A stretch of DNA of 64,000 nt, from assembly GCA_918797485.1 (NCBI GenBank), contig CAKKNE010000002.1, forward strand, positions 930,001-994,000, in the 5' to 3' direction. This DNA comes from Pelagomonas calceolata. Taxonomy: Eukaryota. Each line of letters opens with the position of its first letter. Position 1 is the first letter of the stretch. Positions 12,501 to 22,600 of the stretch are shown piece by piece. The position numbers and the translations under genes were made by a program. Under the pieces are notes generated by a model. That model worked only from the letters and a program-made list of their open reading frames with translations, did no database searches and was not told the origin of the DNA.

Positions 12501-13590
12501 TCACCGCTTGCCCGGACCACGTGCTCCCGTCGAAGCGCCAGTTCTTCCACGCTCAATCGATACCGTCACGACGTTTTATGTGTTAGCTCTGGATTGCTCG
12601 CCGTCGAGGCTACTGGAGAGTTGGCGGGCCGGGCTCCCGCGACTGGTCACCGCTTGCCCGGACCACGTGCTCCCGTCGAAGCGCCAGTTCTTCCACGCTC
12701 AATCGATACCGTACGACGTTTTATGTGTTAGCTCTGGATTGCTCGCCGTCGAGGCTACTGGAGAGTTATGGGCCGGGCTCCCGCGACTGGTCACCGCGCG
12801 CCCGGACCACGTGCTCCCGTCGAAGCGCCAGTTCTTCCACGCTCAATCGATACCGTACGACGTTTTATGTGTTAGCTCTGGATTGCTCGCCGTCGAGGCT
12901 ACTGGAGAGTTATGGGCCGGGCTCCCGCGACTGGTCACCGCTTGCCCGGACCACGTGCTCCCGTCGAAGCGCCAGTTCTTCCACGCTCAACTGATACCGT
13001 ACGACGTTTTATGTGTTAGCTCTGGATTGCTCGCCGTCGAGGCTACTGGAGAGTTATGGGCCGGGCTCCCGCGACTGGTCACCGCTTGCCCGGACCACGT
13101 GCTCCCGTCGAAGCGCCAGTTCTTCCACGCTCAATCGATACCGTACGACGTTTTATGTGTTAGCTCTGGATTGCTCGCCGTCGAGGCTACTGGAGAGTTA
13201 TGGGCCGGGCTCCCGCGACTGGTCACCGCTTGCCCGGACCACGTGCTCCCGTCGAAGCGCCAGTTCTTCCACGCTCAATCGATACCGTACGACGTTTTAT
13301 GTGTTAGCTCTGGATTGCTCGCCGTCGAGGCTACTGGAGAGTTATGGGCCGGGCTCCCGCGACTGGTCACCGCGCGCCCGGACCACGTGCTCCCGTCGAA
13401 GCGCCAGTTCTTCCACGCTCAATCGATACCGTACGACGTTTTATGTGTTAGCTCTGGATTGCTCGCCGTCGAGGCTACTGGAGAGTTATGGGCCGGGCTC
13501 CCGCGACTGGTCACCGCTTGCCCGGACCACGTGCTCCCGTCGAAGCGCCAGTTCTTCCACGCTCAACTGATACCGTACGACGTTTCATCT
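9590..13590 (+). repeat. 144-bp tandem array, subfamily B (~28 units)
   Basis: Unit encodes EATGELWAGLPRLVTACPDHVLPSKRQFFHAQSIPYDVLC(V/D)SSGLLAV; same period and register as subfamily A. Confidence 0.95.
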
Positions 13591-14109
13591 GATAGAGGAT
13601 CTGCGGGCGTCGAGCTCACACGACACGCATATCACCATCGCAGCAGCGCTGCTACGTGTGTCCAGGCCTCCCAGAAATCTCGCATTACGAGTCTTTGCTT
13701 GGGCCCTAGATCATGTGTTAGCCGCCGTCCATGCTCGAGAACTGCTCCATTATCTGTCTGCACGATTTCGAGGGCGACGCCTCGGTGCAATCGCCATGGC
13801 ACTCTGTCGCGCACCCCGGCACGATTGACTTGCCGTCCGAAATAGACTTTTACAAAGGCGAGCCAAAATCTTTGGCCGCCGACGCTTGACGCTGAAGCGG
13901 AGGCACACGTCTCGCTGGATGCATCGTCGTAGCGTGTGCCGCAGGAAGATGGCCTGTGTGGCGATGGGCCGCGTCGGGCTTCCCGCCGTCGTATTGCTCG
14001 CATTCCGCCACCGAATGCGGAGCTCATCGAAATCGCCTTAGTTCAGCAGGCGGTAATAGAACCAGACAACTCAGACGACGATGCCTTCCTACAAGAAGCA
14101 AACCTTGCT

Positions 14110-14860
14110 ATGGCACAACGAAAAAGATTAATCTTCATGTTCTGGGAGTGCGAAGAGGGCAAGCCTGTGCCTGACATTGTTAAGGCATGCAAACAGAGGT
14201 TCTACGACTTCGCCGGCGACCGATTTAAGGTCTTCGTGGTCAACAGACACGCTGCCCCCGCGCCGCCTGGCGGCTGGGACCGAAACTGGGGTGAAAAGCC
14301 TCTCGCTCACATCAAGGACTACGTGTCGTTTTATCTTGTCAAAACTTTTGGAGGAATCTGGTTCGACGCGAGTATCATACTGCTCAAGCCCATTGATGAA
14401 ATATTCGACCTTAAGTTGAAAAAGTTCCAGGGCTGGTATGCGCCGGGCTCCGATGGCAGGAGGGCCGAGAACTGGGCGTTTTTTGCACCTCCCGAGTGCC
14501 CGATCATGCAGTCGTGGTACGACAAGGTCTACCATTATCTCGAAACCCACGATCGCATAGAAGAGTATTTATGGCAGCACGACATCTTTGAACAATAAAT
14601 GGTGCCAGAAATTGCGCAGAATGAAGATTTGCAAAAACGCATCATCCTTCGTAGTCCGTTTGGAATTCTCGCATGCCCGGCATACGCTCCTTATAATGAT
14701 GTAGAAGACAAGTCCGAGTCGCTGCTCAATTTACCGGAATCAAGCTTTCAACAGCCTATGATTAAACTCACTGGTACCGAGCGCAATTTCGCCGAATCGG
14801 CTTTGCACCAGGGCAATTTCGTAAACGATTCACTGCTGCACAAGCTCGTGAGAGTCGTGC
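14110..14860 (+). other. GT32-like glycosyltransferase domain, copy 2 (in-frame TAA at 14596)
   Basis: AHIKDYVSFYLVKTFGGIWFDASIIL; similarity to copy 1 continues past the stop (WQHDIFEQ*MVP vs WQHDIWREEMVP; QPMIKLTGTER vs TPMVKLTRFER). Confidence 0.75.
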
Positions 14861-15249
14861 GTCCTGAGCTCGAAGGCCGCTTAGATCCGCCGCGTGAATT
14901 ATGGTACTGGCTGCGCCACGAGAATAATGACGTTAAGATTTTTGGAAATGGAAATGCAGGCATGGTTTCCAGCGAATATCGTTACAAGTTCTGCCAAGGT
15001 ACCACAAAAACCGCCATGGTCTCAAATCGCTCGGCTAATCAAACTGAGGTGAAGGGACCCACCGTACGCCAATTCTGCCTCGCAGTCCGCGGCCCGCCAC
15101 CACGCAGTAAAAAAGTGAAGAGATGGGCTGCGTGTTACACGGGAGACCGAGATGGTGATTTGAGCACGCACCATCTGTACTGGCGGCCGTGGGGCTACTG
15201 GACTAAAGGTAGGCAATAGCAACTGCGCGACAACCTGTGGAACGATTCC

Positions 15250-15780
15250 GTGGGGCCCGACGAGACGTGGGTGCCAGTCATCTCGCCGGTCGACGGGACT
15301 CTGGTCAAGGGCTGGTTCGCGAGCTCCTGCGGCGCCATCATGAAAAATGACGGCACGATTGATCGGGGGACTCCTCGTACTGGTAAAGACAAGGGCATGT
15401 TCCAAATGACCTTCCCGTTTGGTCGGGGACATTTGGTCCATCGCGTCACCTGCACGTCGTTCCACGGCCATAGGGATACGGATTTGTGGTGTGTCGATCA
15501 TATTTTAACCCGCAGTCATCACCCGGACGAGCAGTTTCCCGGCCGCTCAAGCAACCTGCGATGGCTCCCGAAACACAAAGAGCTAGCCGCTCGAGTCGGC
15601 CTGCCGACGAACGCGGCGAGAAAAGATGGGGAGCCGTGGCGGTTTGATCAATATAAACTAGTAGCGGCCGAGAAGAATGGCATTCCCTACTGGATTCGCC
15701 AGGTCGGGACTAAAGGCTGGACCTTTGTCCGGTCGTAAGATGCGCTGTACTTCCTCTTCACCGGACTAAGTCCGAGGAAC
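15250..15780 (+). other. HNH homing-endonuclease-like domain with a NUMOD4-like N-part
   Basis: ETWVPV...FASSCGAI...HLVHRVTCTSFHG...VDHI...NLRWL follows the HNH_3 pattern (VHRL.A..F.G...VDH...NL.W). Confidence 0.6.
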
Positions 15781-16593
15781 TTTAAACTTACGAAGTACTG
15801 GTTTAAATATCAACTTTACGAGGCCATTGCGCACCGCAAATTTGGCAGCGGGTGTCTACCAGCGTCGGAGAACGAGCTTCGCGGAACCCTCGTTCGGGAA
15901 AGCGACGGTCTGCGATACGAGGTCACGAACACGAAGCCTAAGCCCCCCAACGTCGTCATCGGCGAGTATGAACCCGACCACGCCGCGTACCAGCGCGCCC
16001 TCGCCCCGCGGCCGCGACCGACGCGGATGACGGAGGAATTACCTACAGCTGTCGCTGGATTGGCGAACTGCATGGTCGCATCGGATCCGGAAACTGCGCC
16101 GACTGGCGTAGCAGCGCCACGGCCCACGCCGCCGACCGTCTTCCAACGCGCCGCCACCGCGCGGCCCGCGCCGCGGCCGCGGCCGACGTTGCAGACCGTC
16201 GTACCGCTTCCGGGCCAGTCCATCGAAGAGGCCCTCGAGGAGGCCGAGCTCCGCTACGTCGAGGACTTTCCTGAGGAGTTCATCGGGTCCGACGAGGAGG
16301 AGGCGCCATCACTCTATGCTATTTTTAGAGATGTGGCACCCGAGCTTTTGGCGGACAACGTCGAATCCGATATTTTGAGAGAGGCTGCACCCGAGCTCTT
16401 GCCGGACGAGGCACCCGGCGACGACGCAAGCGCGGACGGCTTGCCCGAGGCCGGCGCTGCGGCGGACGTCGCTCTCCCAAGATGGGACGCCGACGCGGGC
16501 GAGTGGATTCACCCGTCACTGGTGAAGGCGCCGTGTCGCAAGCCAGCGGGTTCGCGGTCACGACCGAGAACCTCCAGCAAACAGGCCGGGCCA

Positions 16594-16683
16594 AAGCTTC
16601 CGTTACTATCCGATCTCAAGGCAAGGTGTAAGGCGCAAGGTCTCAAATAAAGCGGCTCGCGGCTGGACTTGCTCGCGCGGTTC
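16594..16683 (+). other. SAP DNA-binding motif (in-frame TAA at 16648)
   Basis: KLPLLSDLKARCKAQGLK*SGSRLDLLARF matches the SAP consensus. Confidence 0.7.
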
Positions 16684-16719
16684 ACAAACCCATCGGAACA
16701 GGACTATGTACACAGCACA

Positions 16720-17030
16720 CGTAGCGCCTGGTAGCGCGAGGAGGACGCCGCCCTCGTCAAGCTGGTCGAGCAGCACGGCACGAAGCGCTGGGCGTTAATT
16801 AGTCGAGAACTGAACACGCAGATTTCAGGGATACGAACGTGCAAACAATGTAGGGAAAGGTGGGTATACAAACTGGACCCTACGATAAAGAGCGACCCCT
16901 GGTCGCCGCAGGAGGAGCGCACGATTCGTGATGCGCAGCGGCAGCTGGGCAACAAGTGGGCGGAGATCGCCAAATTACTACCGGGTCGATCGGACCTCGC
17001 CGTCAAGAACTACTGGTACGCGTCCGTCCG
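16720..17030 (+). other. Two-repeat Myb DNA-binding domain (in-frame TAG at 16732), absent from the ORF track
   Basis: RSAW*REEDAALVKLVEQHGTKRWALIS...RTCKQCRERWVYKLDPTIKSDPWSPQEERTIRDAQRQLGNKWAEIAKLLPGRSDLAVKNYW. Confidence 0.9.
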
Positions 17031-17554
17031 TAAAAATCAACGGCGGTTGAAGAAGAAGGAGAAGAAGAAGAAGAAGAAGAAGAAGAAGAAGGACTGCCAG
17101 GACGGCCGGCCGCCGCCGGGAGCCTTGGTCGCCCAGACGCCCACGCGGCCCATCGTCGCGGCGCCGCCACCAAGTGCCGCGCCCGACCCGGCCGCAGCGC
17201 TGGGCCAACACTGAATAAATACTTTGCATTCGTAACGGCTCCTCGCCCCGCCATACTTCGCGTCGCCCGCCCTGCGGTCCGTTGCTATTTCCCCCGGGCG
17301 GTCCGTTGGGACAGCTGCCCGTGCGAGGCCGGATGCTTCGGGAAAATGCGGAGGGAGGACTCAACGCACGAAGCCGGTGGTCGTCCTTCGGCAAAAGATG
17401 AAACTCCCTAGCGTTTGCTCGGGCTTGGGGGTTTCGCGAGGCCGGGGGCGGGCGCGATATATATGCCTGCGTGTGTTGGAAGCGTGCGCGGCGGAGGAGT
17501 GCCTACTCCCGGACAGAAAGCAACCCGCCTGGAAAAACGCCCGCCGCGGCCCGC

Positions 17555-17605
17555 GGGGCTCCGCCCACTAGTCCTACGGCCGGGGTATGGATAGCACCGT
17601 AACAA
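17555..17605. repeat. Dispersed intergenic repeat family 1, single interrupted copy
   Basis: GGGGCTCCGCCCACTAGTCCTA...TAGCACCGTAACAA matches copies at 25217-25345. Confidence 0.75.
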
Positions 17606-17658
17606 TCACGGCGGCCTGAGGCTACAAAAATCTTACACACAAGAACTACTCTAAAGAA

Positions 17659-18222
17659 CTACCCGAACATCGCGGCCCGCGCCGCGCCGACGAGGCCGAA
17701 GCGCACGCTCTCGAAGCGCTCGGAGCCCAGGTCCCAGGGCCGCGCGTAGACGTGGAGCCGCGTCGCCGGCCGCCCCTCCTCGTCGACGAGCGCGTGCGGG
17801 CCGGCGCCGCGGGCCAGGTGGTGGTGCGAGTAGGCCACGATGCCCTGGCTGTTGAACACGTTCTCGCAGCTCCGCATGACCAGCTGCCGCGCGTAGTGGC
17901 CGGACCGCCGGCCCACGGTGCAGATCACGACGATCTTCACGCCGCGCAGCGAGGCCGCGTCGGCGTTCAGCCGGAGCGCCTTCTCGAAATAACACCGCGA
18001 CACGCTCCGCGGCAACCGCGCGACGCGCCGCTCCGCCTCCGTGCGCACGTCGACGACGATCACCTTGGCGTCGTCCTTTTCGCGCAGCGCGATGAGCTCG
18101 TGCGCCGTGAGGACGGGCACGTCGAAGGCGCCGCAGTGGTACTCTGCCTTCCGGATGATGGCGCGGTGGCGCTCCGTCATGCGGTCGTCATCGTCGTCGT
18201 CGCCGTCATTACTGCACAGCAT
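17659..18222 (-). CDS. Rhodanese-domain protein
   Basis: VIVVDVRTEAERRVARLPRS...VVICTVGRRSG active-site loop. Confidence 0.75.
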   Translation of the reverse strand: MLCSNDGDDDDDDRMTERHRAIIRKAEYHCGAFDVPVLTAHELIALREKDDAKVIVVDVRTEAERRVARLPRSVSRCYFEKALRLNADAASLRGVKIVVICTVGRRSGHYARQLVMRSCENVFNSQGIVAYSHHHLARGAGPHALVDEEGRPATRLHVYARPWDLGSERFESVRFGLVGAARAAMFG

Positions 18223-18632
18223 GGCGCCGCGACAAGCTGCAAAAGGAGGCGCTGGCAGGCACTGAGGGGGGGGATTGCCAGCTGTGTACTCGTTGAATGT
18301 TCCGAGAGTCGAAGGCTACATGGAAGCGACGATGCCTGGAATAATGTTTTTTTGTACAACGGCGCGTGCGCAGTCTAAACAAAGTGTGGTGCACGTGAAA
18401 GCCGAGCTAGCGGTGCAAGACACTAGCCTGGGCTAGTGTGTCGTTGCGCTAGATATTCAGACCCGCTCGTAAGAGCTGGGAGCTAAAAGTAGCAGCCGCA
18501 GCTGACAGTGGGACGCAGAGAGAGCTGCCGCGAGCCTCCGTAGTTACCTCGAACCGCAGACCGCTCTCGGGTACAGGAAAGGCTGCCATCTGCCATTTGC
18601 CCATAAAAAAACACCCGCATAGCTCAAAAGAA

Positions 18633-19589
18633 ATGCTCGCGCGGTGCCGCCGCGTGGCCAGCACACAACTGCGGGCCCGGCGCCAGGCGCACAGCCACAC
18701 TCATGAGCACCTCGACTCGCCGGGCGAGTTCAGCCGGCGCGAGACGGGCCTGCCGGCGCACTGGCGGGGAAGGGACTGGCGGCGGCGCGCGTTCACGGTG
18801 GGCATCGGCGGCCCCGTCGGCAGCGGCAAGACGGCGCTGACGCTGCAGCTCTGCCGGGCGCTGCGCGAGAAGCACTCGCTGGCCGTCGTGACCTGTGTGG
18901 AAATCAACCAGTGCGTCGGGTGCACCCGAAAATTCTTCACTAAGTCATTTCTCGACGATGACGCGGCCGTCCTGGCTCGGTCGAGCGGCGAGGAACCGGC
19001 ATCGCCACGCCATCGAGCAGACGTCGCGTCGATGGCGTGAACGCGCCGTAAAATTTTAATTTCCACACAGGTCGTGACGAACGACATCTTCACGCGCGAG
19101 GACGCCGAGTTCCTGACGCGGAACGCGGCGCTGCCGGCGGACCGCATCGCTGCGGTCGAGACGGGGGGCTGCCCGCACGCGGCGATCCGCGAGGACGTGA
19201 GCGCGAACCTCGAGGCCCTCGAGGCGCTGACGCGGGCCCACCCGGACGCCGAGCTCCTGCTGTGCGAGTCGGGCGGCGACAACCTCGCGGCGCACTTCTC
19301 GAACGAGCTCGCGGACTTCTCGGTCTACGTCATCGACGTCGCGGGCGGCGACAAGGTGCCGCGCAAGGGCGGGCCGGGCATCACGCAGGCGGACGTCCTC
19401 GTCGTCAACAAGGTCGACCTCGCGCCGGCCGTCGGCGCGGACCTGGACGTGATGCGCCGCGACGCGCTCAAGATGCGCGGCGCCGGGCCGACCGTCTTCG
19501 CCGCCGTGAAGCACGGCGACGGCCTCGACGCGATCATCGGCGAGATCTTCGCCGCGCAGCGGCGCGCGCTGGCGGCGGCGGCGGAGTAG
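18633..19589 (+). CDS. ureG: Urease accessory GTPase UreG; exons 18633-18884 and 19071-19589
   Basis: [11 protein letters not shown], spliced [40 protein letters not shown]; His-rich N-part. Confidence 0.95.
18885..19070 (+). mobile_element. Introner intron in ureG
   Basis: 8-bp TSD GTCGTGAC (18885-92, 19071-78); TIR CTGTGTGGAAAT/ATTTCCACACAG; GT donor from the TSD, AG from the TIR. Confidence 0.92.
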
Positions 19590-19639
19590 GCACACGCGAT
19601 TACTTTTGTACATAGTCAAAAAGGGGGGGGGAGGTGATA

Positions 19640-22600
19640 TCAGGAAGAAACGGAACGGCCGCACGCCATGCAGAAGTTCGCGCCGTCCGCGAGCCGGTTG
19701 CCGCAAGATGGGCAGAAGTTTCGGGGCGGTGCGGCCGCGCGCGACACCGACGACGCGACGACCGATGCCGTGACGGGGACTGCCGTCGGCGGCGTGACCA
19801 GGACACCTTCGAGCGGCTGCGACGGAGAAGCGGGGTCGCCGCCCGCGCCCCAGCCGAACCAGCCGCGCGCCTCCGGCGCAGGAGGCGCCGAGGGCGCCGT
19901 CACGGGCGCCGCGGCCGGCGGCGCCGCGGCCGGGGGCTCCGCGGCCGACGCTGCGGGCGCGCCTGTCGACGCGACGCCCTGATCGTCGAGGAAGGCCGTC
20001 GTCACAGCGCCGAACGACTTCCAATTTGCGAGCGCCTCCGGCGTCGCCGGGTACTGTCCGTACTTTTCCCGCAGCGCGCTGCGCGCAGGATCGTGGTACC
20101 AGGCGGCCATCGGCGCGAAGACCATGCGGATCTTGCTGTCCGCCTTTGCTGTCGCCCCCTTAACCGGTCCGCGCTTCTTCTTGCCGCGAACGGTAGTGGT
20201 GGGCGCGGCCGCCGGCGCGGGCGGCGGCGCGGCCGCGGCAGCGTCGCTCCCGCGGCGACTCAGGGCCCGGGCAAGCAGCCCCGGCGCGGGCGGCGGCGGC
20301 GGCTCGTCGACCTTGGAGGTGATGACGGCTGTTTGAGGCGGCGGCGGCGCCTCCAATCCGCCGGCCTCGTCGCATACCCCGTTCGCGTTGGCCTCAACGT
20401 CCTGCGACTTCTTAGCAGCAGTGTTTCGACGGTAGAAGAAGAAGGCTCCGGCGGCGGCCAGGAGCAGCACGAGCGCGCCGGCGGCCGCGCCGCCCGCCGT
20501 CGCCGCGTCCGGGCCCGCTGCGCCAGATCCGGAGCCAGAGCCGCCGCCTGAGACCAGAGGTACGGGCGACATCGTGAGGGACGGCCGCGGCGTCGGTGCT
20601 GGGGTCGGTTTTGGCGTCGGAGGAGACAATGGCCTTGGCGTCGGCGCCGCTGTCGGCTCCGGTGTCGTGACGACAAACACGTGCCTTGCTCGCCCGATGT
20701 GAGCTCGCGTCGCCGTCTCGTTGAGGGTGATGGCGTTGAACGCGGCGGCGGCTTCGGGCGAGCGTTGCGCGGCGTTGGTCCGAAGTTTCGTCAGAAAGCT
20801 CCCGTCGTCGACCGCGGTCGTCAGGGCGGCCGCGGCCTTCTCCAATAAATCCGTCGAGACCGCCTCGGCGTCCTCGGTGCCGTCGACGCGCGCGACGCCC
20901 GTGTAAGAGACGTCCGCGAGGCCCGCGGCCGCCCGCGTCGGCGCCAGCGTACGATCTGCCTCCCGCGTCGGCGCCGGGCTCGGCGGATACTCCGCCTGCA
21001 AGCGCCGCGTACGATCTGCGTCCCGCGTCAGCGCCGGAGAAGGCGGATACTCCGCTTGCAAGCGCCTCCGGCGGACGACGGCCTCCACATCGACTACTTC
21101 GTCGAAGACACCGTCTGAACTGTCGATGATGGACTGCGCGAACGCATCCTTCATGTCCTCGTCCGCATTAAATTCGTCGGCCACCACGCCTTCGAGACTG
21201 ACCGACGAGGCGACCTCGACCACCGTCTGGGCCGGCGACGGCGCCGGCGTGGGGGCCGGCGTCGGCGCGGGCGACGGCCTCGGGGTCGGCGGGTGCGATG
21301 GCCTGGGAGTCGGGCGTGGCGTCGGCCGCTGAGTCGGGCGCGGCGTCGGCCTGGGAGTCGGTTGTGGGGTAGGCCGTTGGGTAGGATTTCCCGGCAGCGG
21401 CGTCGGTCCGGGCGTGGGACGCAACGTCGGGCGCGACGTCGGTAGTGGCGAGGGAATAGGCGTCGGTCGCGGCGTGGGCCTCGCCGTCGGTCTCGCGCTA
21501 GGCCGCGGCGTAGGTCGGGGGCTTGGCGCTGGCGTGGGGCGCAGCGTCGGTCTGGCCGACGGCCGCGGGGTCGGGCGCGCGGTCGGACGCGATCTGTGTA
21601 GGAATCAAGCGGTGAGTTGGCGTGCCAATAACAAACTACGATTTCCGCACAGGCACCGGCGTCGGGCGCCATGAGGGCCGTTGCGTCGGCCGAGGGACCG
21701 TCGGCCGCGGCGTCGGCCGAGGGACCGTCGGCCGCGGCGTCGGCCGAGGGACCGTCGGCTGCGGCGTCGGCCTCCGTGTTGGTTGAGGCGTCGGCTTCGG
21801 TGTCGGCTGCCACGAGGGCTTTGGCGTCGGTCTGGGCGTCGGCCTGTTTTCATAAGCCCCATATAGTTGCTGTGCGTTCAGTGCCGCGCCAAAGATCTGC
21901 ACGGACTCGATGGTGCCTGTCATTTTAAACTCCTCGTTATCATCCAAATAACACCCGAATGCAAGCGTCGCGGTGTCCGGATACATTATCGCCCCGGATA
22001 GAACGTGCGAAGTAGCCACCAATTCTCCATCAACGTAGAGATTTTGTGTCGCGGAGTCATAGGTGCCGGCGACGTGGTGCCAGACGCCAGTCTCGGCAGC
22101 TGTCGGGGCCATTTGGTAGTTCAAGTTTGCGCCTCCCTTGCTCAAGTCCCCAGTGGAAGTTGGTTCCGCAGCCACGCCCCAATAGTATTTTCCGCGCGAA
22201 TAGCCCAAAATGAAGCCCTTTTCGTCACTGCCGTTGTCCTGAATAAAACTGACGATGCCACCCCACTCATGTTCGTTCGGGTCGTCCAATTTCACCCACG
22301 CCGCGACCGTAATCGAGGCACACGGTGCCATGTCAACTCCAAAATCAGGCACGACTAGGTACGAACTATCCGCCTCGTAGTCCAGGGCCGCCTGCTGCAT
22401 GTTGCCGACGTTCGCCGGATTATCAAGCATGTGCCACTCGTAAGAAGCGCCCGACCCGTCGTAGTAGGGGTCGGTGGTCATGCATTCCTCGCCGCAGCAC
22501 TCGCCCCACGTACTACAGCACCACCCATGGCATTCCGCCGCCGCCGCGCAGTTGTGCTCGTCGCCGCATTCCGGGCAGAGCTCTTCCCAGTAATCGTAAT

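Larger units (their letters stand above)
6235..17214 (+). pseudogene. Giant multidomain reading frame (unique N-terminus, 48-aa repeats, GT32, HNH-like, SAP, Myb) with TAA/TAG in-frame stops; pseudogene or recoded gene
   Basis: Frame +1 from ATG 6235; stops TAG 6316, TAA 6544, TAG 6700, TAG 6835, TAG 13843, TAG 13930, TAA 14596, TAG 15217, TAA 15736, TAA 16648, TAG 16732; ends TGA 17212-17214 overlapping an AATAAA; clear indels only inside the tandem array. Confidence 0.65.
3352..17408. mobile_element. Putative ~14 kb TIR-bounded cargo element, no transposase recognised
   Basis: 3347-3371 CGCTATGGAGTTTCATCTTTTGCCG is the reverse complement (24/25) of 17389-17413 CGGCAAAAGATGAAACTCCCTAGCG; TA lies immediately outside both ends (3350-3351, 17409-17410); unique interior looks more AT-rich than flanking genes. 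Confidence 0.6.

Noticed and set aside
7014..13590. CRISPR array
   Set aside because: Whole 144-bp units repeat with no unique spacers, there are no cas genes, and the context is eukaryotic.
9590..13590. Minus-strand repeat frame with one TGA per unit (poly-selenoprotein idea)
   Set aside because: It shares third codon positions with the + frame and has shadow-like composition; no SECIS was identified and the A units lack the TGA.
7014..13590. WAGP..LV motif as a retrotransposon integrase GPY/F domain
   Set aside because: Too short a resemblance; no integrase, RT or LTRs seen.
3290..17321. Second inverted match ACGGGCAGCT (3290) / AGCTGCCCGT (17312)
   Set aside because: Only 10 bp, and its order is inconsistent with the main inverted repeat.
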